Shown here: positions 26,901 through 37,541 of the stretch, one piece after another | Position numbering within the stretch: the first letter of the stretch is position 1 | Layout of the letters: every line of letters begins with the position of its first letter | NCBI RefSeq assembly: GCF_004010195.1 | Contig: NC_057718.1 | Coordinates: 38,373,834-38,437,833 of the forward strand | Reading direction: 5' to 3' | DNA: 64,000 nucleotides | Source: Chiloscyllium plagiosum | Taxonomy: Eukaryota | Translations under genes and position numbers: made by a program | The notes under the pieces: model-generated | What the model saw: only the letters and a program-made list of their open reading frames with translations | Told to the model about the DNA's origin: nothing | Databases searched by the model: none

Positions 26901-28722
26901 TTAAAATAGTATAATTATGTTAACAGTCTGTCCTAATGATGTTGGATGCATATAACCTATTAATATTGCTGGATACATAAAATGCAATGTGTGTAATAAT
27001 CAGATTAGTTCTGATCGTTATTCACTAATTGTATTCATGAAATGTAAGCGTTTCTGCCTAAGTCCACAATATTTGCCCATCCCTATGGTGGTAAACTAAC
27101 TTTTTGAATCACTGCAGTTTTTGGGATATAAGGACACCCACAGTGCTGCCCTTTTTGTAGCGGTTTGATACAACTGAATGGCTTGTTCAGCTATTTCAGA
27201 GGGGAGTTAAGAGTCTGGAGTCACATGTAGGCCAGACCATAGAAGGTAATCAGATTTCCTTCCCTAAAGAATATTAGCGGGCTTAATGAATTTTTGCAAC
27301 AATTGGCTGTGACGTGGTCATTGATTTTAAAAGGGTCCCAGCGATGACCTGTCTGTTTTAAAATTTAAACATCGCCTGCCAGTTAACTATCAATTGGTGC
27401 ATTTTCCATGGGAATGCTAGGCGAGCCTTGAATTCAAATTTTACCATCTACTATGATGGGATTCGAACATTGGTCTGGAACTTTTCTAATCCAGTGACAT
27501 TATCATTTGTTCTCCCTATATTTATTCATTGTATCTTTAAGTTTGCTGGTCCATTTCTATTCAATCATGAACACCAGTATTTAATGATGGCCTAACATGA
27601 CACTGGCAGTGCTTTGAATTCAAAGGAATTGAATTAGGCCTTTTCATCTTGAAGACTATTGTTTCCGAACAATGTGCTGTGTATATTTCCTATTTGTAAA
27701 GGCTGGATATTGCCCAATTCCTGCTTGGGGCTGTCTTGCTTCATTATTGGAGGAGTTGTGAATGAATACATGATGGCACAGGAATTTTTTTCTTGTGTAA
27801 AAGTCCCTTTTCTGTCACCAACTCTCCTGTCATTCTAGATCAAGCAATATTAACTTGCATTTATATATTGCATTCAATGTACTGATCCAAGGCATGTAAT
27901 CAGACAAAATTCGCAGAGCCATAGATGTAAGCTATTTGGACATGCGTTCAAAAATTCGAAAGTGGTAGGTTTTAAGGGCCATCTTAAAGGAGAGGAAGTC
28001 TCGAGAGTTCTGGAACCAGTGGGGGAGCACAGGAAATCACAAGAAGGCAGGTGGAGGATTGCATAGATTTGTGGCTTGTAGGGTAGGACAGGGTTACAGA
28101 CTTGGGTAAAGCCGATAAAGAATTTGAGGATGATAATAAAATTATGGTTGCTTAACTGGGAACAAATAAAAGGCTCAAATGTGATGGGTAAACAGGAGTA
28201 AGAATACAGGCTTATGGAAGTTTGGAAGCCACGGAGAAACGTATTGAAAAATGAGTTGGGAGGCAATGCAAGCATGATTTCTTTGTTCGTAGTAGCAGAT
28301 GAGCTGATATAGGGGCATAAACAAGTAATATTAATAGGCAGAAGTAAATTGAGAGAATATGGAATGGGAATATCACACTGGGCTCAGAGGTCACCAAGGT
28401 GGTGGTTTTAATTTTGTTCTATTCACTCATGGAATGCTGATGTTGCTGGCTGGGCCAGAATTTATTGCCCATCCCTAGTTGATCTTGAGAAGGTTTTGTT
28501 TTTGTTTCACTTTCTGTCCCTCAATATAAGTCTGCCCTGTCACACAACATTTATTAGGGGAAAATCACTATCCTTTTGGACTAACCTGGTATTGTGTGAT
28601 ATTTTAGTGTGCTACTAAATAATTTGCAAACATTCTTTGCAAAAATGTCCACATCTCATCATTACCTTTGATTTTACAATGTAATATTTCACTCAGTCAG
28701 TTGTCAACAAGTTCTTTTAACA

Positions 28723-28931
28723 GTCAAGAGTGTGGTGCTGGAAAAGCAGAGCAGGTCAGGCAGCATCTGAAGAACAGAGGAATCGACATTTCGGGCAAAA
28801 GCCCTTCATCAGGAAGGGCTTTTGCCCGAAGCGCCGATTCTCCTGCTCCTCAGATGCTGCTTGACCTGCTGTGCTTTTCCAGCACGAGACTCTCGACTCT
28901 AATCTCTAGCATCTGCGGTCCTTACTTTCGC
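28723..28931. mobile_element. Miniature palindromic PLE-derived element
   Basis: Inverted arms. TSD CAAGTTCTTTTA(A/G)CA at 28708-28722 and 28932-28946. Hammerhead motif on the minus strand at 28785-28812. Confidence 0.88.
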
Positions 28932-29134
28932 CAAGTTCTTTTAGCATGCAATTTGCTTTAGGCACTGAGTTTAAAGCAGTACACAGCAAAATTCTGTGGG
29001 GCTCAAATCATTAACAGCAATGCTATTTGGTACACACTCTGCAATTTGAATTTCTGTACTAAAGCTAGTCTTAAGGTGAAGGTGCCTCTTATTGTTATTT
29101 CAGTCTCTCCTTAGTTTTCAATGTGACAGGCCTC

Positions 29135-29208
29135 TCCAGATATTAATAAATCTTGCTTTAAACTGCCCTTCCCAGGGCAGTTTAAAGCAAGATTTATTAA
29201 TATCTGGA
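29135..29208. repeat. Perfect inverted repeat (35-bp arms, 4-nt loop)
   Basis: tccagatattaataaatcttgctttaaactgccct-tccc-agggcagtttaaagcaagatttattaatatctgga; the arms are exact reverse complements. Confidence 0.97.
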
Positions 29209-30290
29209 TGACTTTTGTTCATCTTTTGAACTGCTGCAATCCATTTGGTGTAGGTACGACCACTCTGTTGTTCAGAAAGGAGTTTTGAGATTTTGATGCA
29301 GCAGCACTGAAGAGATGGTAATATATTTTCAAGTCAGCAGACATTAGTTTAATGGTGTTACCTCTAGACTATTCACCCCACCACCACACCCACTCCAGTT
29401 ACAGGCTTCGCCCCCACTCCCAGCTCCACACCAACACCGGGTCCTAGCTCCCAGCCCTGCCGAGTTTTCACCATCCCCCCAGATCTTCCACTTACTGAGG
29501 ACGAACAATCAGTCCTCAGCAAAGGCCTTACCTTTATCCCCCTCTGTCCACGCATCAATGAATTTAATACGCATCGTGACGTCGAACACTTCTTCCTCCG
29601 CCTCCGAGCTTACTTTTACAATCAGGACTCCCGCCCACCTTCTGAGGATCCCTTCACTCGCCTCCAACACACTCCATCCACCTGGACACCCCGCACTGGC
29701 CTATTACCTCCCCTCGACCTCTTCATTTCCAACTGCTGCCGAGACTTTTACCGCCTCAAACTGTCTACCCCCTCCCCCATTCCAAACTCTCACCTTCACA
29801 ACACGCAGCCCTCCACTCCCTCTGCTCCAATCCCAACCTCACTATCAAACCAGCAGATAAAGGGGGTTGCAGTGGTAGTCTGGTGCACTGACCTCTACAC
29901 CGCTGAAGCCAGACGCCAACTCGAAGACACCTCCTCTACCGCCCCTTCGACCGTGACCCCATCCCCCATCACCAAACCATCATCTCTCAGACCAGACAGA
30001 ACCTCATCAACTCAGGACTCTCCCACCCACAGCTTCCAACCTCGTAGTCTGGGAACCCCACACCGCCCGATTCTGCCTCCTTCCCAAGATCCACGAGCCT
30101 GACCACCCTGGCCTGCTCCTGTCCCACCGAACTCTTCTCCACCTACCTCGTTACTATCCTATCCCCCCAGTCCAGGAACTCCCCACTTACATTCAAGACA
30201 CCACCCATGCCCTCCACCTCCAAGACTTCCATTTCCCTTGCCCCCAATTGCCTCATCTTCACCATGGACATCCAATCCCTCAACACCTCT

Positions 30291-30559
30291 GGCACGGTGG
30301 CACAGTGGTTAGCACTGCTGCCTTGCAGCGCCAGAGACCCGGGTTCAATTCCCGCCTCAGGCGACTGACTGTGTGGAGTTTGTACGTTCTCCCCGTGTCT
30401 GCGTGGGTTTCCTCCGGGTGCTCCGGTTTCCTCCCACACTCCAAAGATGTGCAGGTCAGGTGAATTGGCCATGCTAAATTGCCCGTAGTGTTAGGTAAGG
30501 GGTAAATGTAGGGGCATGGGTGGGTTGCGCTTCGGTGGGGCGGTGTGGACTTGTTGGGC
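30291..30559 (+). mobile_element. HE1/V-SINE-like SINE nested in the PLE RT
   Basis: Begins ggcacggtggcacagtggttagcactgctgcc...gggttcaattccc directly after the RT motif remnant and runs into the gap. Confidence 0.88.
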
Positions 30560-31272
30560 NNNNNNNNNNNNNNNNNNNNNNNNNNNNNNNNNNNNNNNNN
30601 NNNNNNNNNNNNNNNNNNNNNNNNNNNNNNNNNNNNNNNNNNNNNNNNNNNNNNNNNNNNNNNNNNNNNNNNNNNNNNNNNNNNNNNNNNNNNNNNNNNN
30701 NNNNNNNNNNNNNNNNNNNNNNNNNNNNNNNNNNNNNNNNNNNNNNNNNNNNNNNNNNNNNNNNNNNNNNNNNNNNNNNNNNNNNNNNNNNNNNNNNNNN
30801 NNNNNNNNNNNNNNNNNNNNNNNNNNNNNNNNNNNNNNNNNNNNNNNNNNNNNNNNNNNNNNNNNNNNNNNNNNNNNNNNNNNNNNNNNNNNNNNNNNNN
30901 NNNNNNNNNNNNNNNNNNNNNNNNNNNNNNNNNNNNNNNNNNNNNNNNNNNNNNNNNNNNNNNNNNNNNNNNNNNNNNNNNNNNNNNNNNNNNNNNNNNN
31001 NNNNNNNNNNNNNNNNNNNNNNNNNNNNNNNNNNNNNNNNNNNNNNNNNNNNNNNNNNNNNNNNNNNNNNNNNNNNNNNNNNNNNNNNNNNNNNNNNNNN
31101 NNNNNNNNNNNNNNNNNNNNNNNNNNNNNNNNNNNNNNNNNNNNNNNNNNNNNNNNNNNNNNNNNNNNNNNNNNNNNNNNNNNNNNNNNNNNNNNNNNNN
31201 NNNNNNNNNNNNNNNNNNNNNNNNNNNNNNNNNNNNNNNNNNNNNNNNNNNNNNNNNNNNNNNNNNNNNNNN
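30560..31272. other. Assembly gap (N run)
   Basis: Run of N. Confidence 0.99.
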
Positions 31273-31420
31273 GATAGGTCAGAGAGGAGGGTGAGGGAAG
31301 GTAGCACCCCCCCCTCTAACCTATCACCTCCATCCCCACCCCCATTCACTCTTTGCTACCTTCTCTCCAGCCCCCCGCCCCCATTTATCTCTCCATCCTG
31401 GAAGCTACCTGCCTCTATTC

Positions 31421-31448
31421 CTGATGAAGGGCTTTTGCCTGAAACGTT
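31421..31448 (+). ncRNA. Minimal type I hammerhead ribozyme motif in a PLE terminus
   Basis: CUGAUGA-A-GGGC-UUUU-GCCU-GAAAC-GUU: intact catalytic core, 4-bp stem II, loopless palindromic stem III (ACGU). Activity not demonstrated. Confidence 0.7.
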
Positions 31449-31838
31449 GATTTTCCTGCTCCTTGGATGCTGCCTGACCTGCTGTGCTTTTCCAGCACCA
31501 CTCTGATCTAAACTCTATTGCCCCAGAGACCTATGTAGTGCTGCGGGGACTAAAGGTTGACATTTGGCCTTTGATAGGTGTTTCACTAATGTCCTTTAGA
31601 GGAGGAAACAACGTACTTACCCGGTCTGGACTATGTGTTACTCAAGCCCACAGCAACGCAATTGTCTCTTAACTGCCCCCCTGAAATGGCCTAGCAAACC
31701 ATTCAGTTGTAACAATTGCTACAAAGTCTGAAAAAAGAAAGAAACTGGACGGTCAACCTAGCATCAACATAGACACTGGAAGCAACAAGGGCAAAACAGC
31801 CCTGCAATGTGCGACTTACTGACATCTTGGGATTAGTC

Positions 31839-32020
31839 GGAGAAAGTGAAGACTGCAGATCAGAGTTGAAGTGTAGTGCTGGAAAAGCCGGTGAGGCTTC
31901 ATCCGAGGAGCAGGAGAGTTGACGTTTCTTCCTGATGAAGAGTTTATGCTCGAAATGGCAACTCCTGCCCCTCGGATGCTGCCTGATCGGCTGTGCTTTT
32001 CCAGCACCACACTGTTTGAC
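31839..32020. mobile_element. Older miniature palindromic PLE-derived element
   Basis: Inverted arms. TSD TCTTGGG(AT/GC)TAGT at 31825-31837 and 32021-32033. Confidence 0.75.
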
Positions 32021-32184
32021 TCTTGGGGCTAGTGCCAAGATTGGGAGTGCTTTCTTACAGACTAGTCAAGCTATTGTCTGATATTATCGTAGATATGATT
32101 CCTTGAGTATGACAATGTCTCAGGCACAACCATCACTATCTCTGGATATGATGTGTTCCAGTGGTGGTAGTACAGTGGTATATG

Positions 32185-32515
32185 TAGAATCATAGAATCC
32201 CTACAGTGTGGAAATAGGGCATTTGGCCCAGCAAGTCTACACCGACCCTCTGAAGAGTATCCCATCCAGATCCATTCCCCTACCCTGTTACTTTACATTT
32301 TCCTGACTATTGCACCTAACCTACACATCTCTGAACACTATGGACAATTTAGCATGGCCAATACACCTAACTTGCACATCTTTGGACTGGGAGGAAACTG
32401 GAGCACCACACAGACACAGGGAAGATTTGCAAACTCCACACAGTCGCCTGAGGCTGGGATTGAACCTGGGTCCCTGGCACTATGAGGCAGCAGTGCTAAC
32501 TACTGAGCCATTGTC
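32185..32515 (-). mobile_element. HE1/V-SINE-like SINE
   Basis: Reverse-complement similarity to the other HE1-like copies. Confidence 0.8.
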
Positions 32516-32859
32516 CCACAGGCTGACAAGCAGGGAGCAGGCTGGGGAAGGGGCAGGGGCAGGGAAGGTGGATTCAAGTCCCAGCCCTGCTGCAATCCCA
32601 ATTCATTAATCCTGCAAGAGGATGGTGATTTTCCCCTAATAATGTTGTGTGACAGGGCAGACTTATATTGAAGGATAGGGAGTGAAACAAAAACAAAGCC
32701 CATGCCCACTTAACAAAACCAAATGAGTGCCTACTACTGGATTCCCTTCCATCCAGCACTCTTCAAACATTCCCCTACCCCAAAGAAAAAAATACATAGT
32801 TGGGAGGGAGTTGATCTGGAATCTTCAACTTGCACTCTGAACATTATGATGTCTTATGG

Positions 32860-34100
32860 CATTAGGTCAAATACAGGTGAGGAACCCTCCTATTGACTAC
32901 GATGTATTTCCTTCCTTGGCTGATGAATCCATGTTGACCAATAGTTGGAAGAAGCACTGAAGGTGGCAAGGGTGCAGAATGTAATCAGGTTGGAGGATTT
33001 CAATGTCCATCACTGAGTGGTTCAGCAGCACGACTGATTGAGTTGGTTAAGTCCTAAAAACCACCAAGAGTAAGTGAGGGAACCAACAAGAATGATAAAC
33101 ATACTTGATCTCATCCTCAACAATCCCATGTTGCATCTGTCCATGACAGCATCAGTGAGAGTGACCAGCGCACAGTCCTTACAGAGACAAATTCCTTCCT
33201 TCACACTAATAACACCTTATGTTGTGTTGTGTGGCACTGTCATCATGCTAAATGGGACAGACATTGAACAAATCTAACAATTCAAGACTGGGCATCCATG
33301 AGGCATTGTGAGCCATCAGCAGTAGCAAATTCTTCTCCTGTGCAATCTGGGGGGCCCATCATATCCCCCACTCTACCATCACCATCAAGCCAGGGGATCA
33401 AACCTGGTTCAATGAACAGTGTAGGAGGGCATGCCAGGAGCAGCACCAGGCATTCCTAAAAATGAGGTACCAACCAATGCCAAATTGCGTAAGCAGAAAG
33501 TGATAAGACAGAACGAAGCAATCCTAGAACCAACTGATAAGATCTAGGCACTGCATTCCTGCCACATCCAATCATGAATGGTGTTAGACAATTTAAACAA
33601 CTTTGGAAGAGGAGGCTCCACAAATATCCCCATCTTCAATGATGGCAGTGCCAAGCACATCAGTGCAAAAGGCAAGGCTGAAGAATTTGCAGTAATCTTA
33701 AGGCGGAATTGCTGAGAGGATGATCCATCTCTGCCTGTTCCAGTGGTGTCTCATGTCACAGATTCCAGACTTCAGCCAATTCAATTCATTCCAACTGATA
33801 TCAAGAAACAGTTGGAGGCTCTGGATACTGCAGAAGTTATTGGATCTGACAAAATCTTCGAATAGAACTGAAGACTTGGGCTCCAGAACTTGCTGCATCC
33901 CTAGTCAAACTGTTCCAGTTTTGCCCTCAGTCAAATAGTTCAATACTTTTCTGGGTGATTTCTGACTTTTGGACATGCACTGTTTCAGCACCTGAGGAGA
34001 TGCAGAAGGTGAACGTTGTGCAACTATAGATGAACATGCCCATTTCTGACGTAATGATGGAGGGATAGTCATTGATGTTTGGGCCTAGTACAATCCCCGA
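32860..34100 (+). mobile_element. Degenerate CR1/L2-group LINE (related copies about 14780-15330 +, 46360-47480 -, 61050-61880 +)
   Basis: Endonuclease remnants GDFNVHH, REPTR..NILDLIL and PWFNEQCRRA shared among the copies. Confidence 0.65.
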
Positions 34101-34708
34101 TACACTCCTGAAGAGATATCTGAAAGTCTGAAAATTAAATGTATAGATCACACGAGTGGATAAATTATCTATATTCTTTTTGATTTCAGTAATGATGATA
34201 TGCTGTTGTCGGTAAAGCAATGATTGTTTTTCCCTTCTTTTGATCTGGTGAATCTGGATTTTTTTTATTAGGACATTTTCTTTTGAGTTTTCTTGGTTAT
34301 TTTTGTCTTTCACTCACCAGTGGGAAGGCTAAGGACAGATATTTTCAGTGGAGGTTTCTGATCTCTCTGCACTAACATTTGAACAAACTGCAACTGAACT
34401 AATTCAAGTGCTGTTGTCAGGCAACATTTCCTCAGAAGTTGGCTAGTGATGTATCAATCTCACTACTCGAACAGCAACAATGTCTTAAACAGCTAAAAAT
34501 GTGCACCACTTAATATTTTGCAAAAGACACTCTTGGTATTCTAGCTATGTAGCAGCCCAACTTCTGTTTGATTTATAATCCAAAAAGAAAAATATGTGGA
34601 CCTTTACTCTGCTGTTGTAACTTTAAGTATGGTTGAGTTTTTGTAAAGTTCAGATGTTGTGTGTACACAAAGTTAATAATTATATAATGCAATATCTTTA
34701 TTTAACAG

Positions 34709-34781
34709 TGGTAAAAGACCAGCATTGATGCTGTCAACAGGAATCTATATGAGGTGTCCACATTATAGCACAGCTCCTCTG
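34709..34781 (+). CDS. MRPS10: MRPS10 exon 3
   Basis: aacAG acceptor and CTG|GTAAGA donor; 73 nt, phase 2 to phase 0. GKRPALMLSTGIYMRCPHYSTAPL resembles the 'LLLSTNMKW' region of mammalian MRPS10. Confidence 0.78.
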
Positions 34782-35163
34782 GTAAGATTTCTAGCAAGTT
34801 TTTGTAGTTGTGTTTGGTGCTTTACTTAATCTATAGAATCTGTCCTGTATAATTTTAATTAGAGTCTGTTGATGGGGAAAAAAAAGACATACAGTCAGAG
34901 CTTTTGTCTTCCAGTCATCAGACAGATGCAGGAATGTCAAACTTCAAAGGGAGCAACAATTTATACTACATAAACGAAGGGTGATGATTGGTTGTTGAAA
35001 TGTTGCCCTGGAAAATGTACCAAGAAACCTGTTCCCCAGACTTGTACTAATTCAAAAAAGGTACAATGCCTAGCCATGATCCATTTTACAGTAGAAGACA
35101 GTTCCCTGTGTTTGTGTATCTCTAGCTTATTTGCAGGTGTAAGTGAGCCATATTGTACACAAG

Positions 35164-35365
35164 CTGAAAAATATGTTGCTGGAAAAGCACAGCAGGTCAG
35201 GCAGCATCCAAGGAGCAGGAGAATCGACTTTTCGGGCATAAGCCCTTCATTCCAAGAAGGGCTTATGCCCGAAACGTCGATTCTCCTGCTCCTTGGATGC
35301 TGCCTGACCTGCTGCGCTTTTCCAGCAACACATTTTTCAGCTCTGATCTCCAGTCCTCACTTTCT
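35164..35365. mobile_element. Miniature palindromic PLE-derived element
   Basis: Near-perfect inverted arms of about 85 bp. Perfect flanking repeat CCATATTGTACACAAG at 35148-35163 and 35366-35381. Confidence 0.9.
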
Positions 35366-36942
35366 CCATATTGTACACAAGGCTGATAACCAATTCAAAA
35401 TTATCAGTGTAATCTATGGCACATTCACGATTATTCAGTCTGCACCCTTCTGTCCTGTCGTGTAAATTGTTCTTCATTTAGCAATTTGGCATTCTTGCAT
35501 CTGTACTGATGAATATAAGAGGAAAAGCTTTGACAATGTTTTTTTTTCAAGCAGTATTCAAATTTTATGTTACCAAATAATTATTAGTTGATTGTCATGA
35601 AATCTAGACCTAAAGTTCAAATATAACATCAATCAAAATAGAATTTTTAAATTGTACATTCATCATACCCTATATATGAATTATTTTATGAGAAACAGAA
35701 ATATGTGAGAACCTTTTCAGAAAATGCTGAGTTTGAGTAGAAATATGAATAATACCTCTGTATTTATAACAATGTATCTTGGGCATGTACATCTGTGGAA
35801 GTTACGACACAATCAGTTCAGTAAGTCCATCCCAAAGTTACCTTTGATGTGAAGAAATATCATACCACGTTTTCTCACCCTATTACCAAAACCTTCATCC
35901 AAACATGAAAAATCAGAGGGAATGTAGGTTCCAACCCTGCTTTGGAAAGCCATGTTTTGAATTTCTTCCTCTGGTGAGAAGCACAAAAACTACATGCACT
36001 ACACTAATTAATATCCTTTTAAGGGTTTATATAGGCTCAGAATTTCCCCTCTGGTTTTGTATTCAATATTTCTAAAGACAAGTTTTGAGATTATTAGTTT
36101 GAAATACTGCCTTTAACACCTGTAACGCTATGTCTCCATTGGTCTGTCTTACCAATATTTCTTACCAACTTCCTAAATTGGTCTCATCTGCAAACGTCAA
36201 AACAAATATCTTTAAATCTTATATCCAAATCATTGATATTTACAGTGAATAGTCTTTAGACATAGATGGCAGAATAACTTTAATGACAATATTTTCAGTT
36301 TATTGAAAATCATTTTAGTTTGCAGTCATTCTGGCAAATGTACAAGTAAGAAATCTTTATTTGTTCAGTTTTCATTACCCGTCAATGCTTCAAAATCACC
36401 CATTTTGTCAGACTAAAACTTAACATAGTTATGAAGCTGTTCTGCAGTGTTGATGGTGCAACTTTTAAATAAGTTAATATAAAATTCTGCTGATGCCTTA
36501 CCTGCTTGTTTCAGGTTGGGATCACGATACTCAATTTTTTAAAGGAAGGGTAAAATGTTTCCGGTGTTTTGGTCAAAGTTAGTTTCTCAGTTAACATTAC
36601 TAAAATAGATTGACTATTTTTTATTTGTTGGAATCATGGTATTTACAAATTAACTGTTGTCTTTACCTAAAAGACTCTGAATACATTTCAAAAGTAATTC
36701 ATTTTCTGCAATACATTTTTGGAATATTCTGTGGTATGAAATGTGCAATAAAAAGCAGCTATGGATGATTAAAACATTTTCTAGTTGCCTCTGTTTACTT
36801 TGTACTTTATATATCGTGCAGATTTAAATCTGTCATGTTTTGAAATACTTGCTCCTTTGAAACTATGAGACTTTTCACTTTAAAGAAGTTGTCTTTGTAA
36901 TTAATTATTTTGTTTGGATGCTTTATGAATTTGTTATTGCAG

Positions 36943-37041
36943 GTAGCAGTAACAGATGAGCCTGATGCCCTATATAGGAAGATTTCTGTGTTGGTAAAGG
37001 GCCATGATAAAGCTGTACTGGATAGCTATGAATATTTTGCT
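36943..37041 (+). CDS. MRPS10: MRPS10 exon 4 (truncated by the assembly gap)
   Basis: ttgcAG acceptor. [33 protein letters not shown] is the conserved start of the S10 domain. The exon runs into Ns at 37042. Confidence 0.96.
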
Positions 37042-37541
37042 NNNNNNNNNNNNNNNNNNNNNNNNNNNNNNNNNNNNNNNNNNNNNNNNNNNNNNNNNNN
37101 NNNNNNNNNNNNNNNNNNNNNNNNNNNNNNNNNNNNNNNNNNNNNNNNNNNNNNNNNNNNNNNNNNNNNNNNNNNNNNNNNNNNNNNNNNNNNNNNNNNN
37201 NNNNNNNNNNNNNNNNNNNNNNNNNNNNNNNNNNNNNNNNNNNNNNNNNNNNNNNNNNNNNNNNNNNNNNNNNNNNNNNNNNNNNNNNNNNNNNNNNNNN
37301 NNNNNNNNNNNNNNNNNNNNNNNNNNNNNNNNNNNNNNNNNNNNNNNNNNNNNNNNNNNNNNNNNNNNNNNNNNNNNNNNNNNNNNNNNNNNNNNNNNNN
37401 NNNNNNNNNNNNNNNNNNNNNNNNNNNNNNNNNNNNNNNNNNNNNNNNNNNNNNNNNNNNNNNNNNNNNNNNNNNNNNNNNNNNNNNNNNNNNNNNNNNN
37501 NNNNNNNNNNNNNNNNNNNNNNNNNNNNNNNNNNNNNNNNN
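37042..37541. other. Assembly gap (500 N) truncating MRPS10 exon 4
   Basis: Run of N starting mid-exon. Confidence 0.99.

Larger units (their letters stand above)
29370..31510 (+). mobile_element. Penelope-like (Neptune-type) retroelement RT region and 3' end, interrupted by a SINE and a gap
   Basis: Frameshifted PLE RT remnants VLSKGLTFIP, LTIKPADKGVAVVVW and LIFTMDIQSL; 3' terminal segment with a hammerhead at 31421-31448. Confidence 0.85.

Noticed and set aside
14122..30370. tRNA-like A/B-box sequences at 14122, about 18250-18305 and 30291
   Set aside because: These are tRNA-derived heads of HE1-like SINEs followed by the SINE body; they are not tRNA genes.
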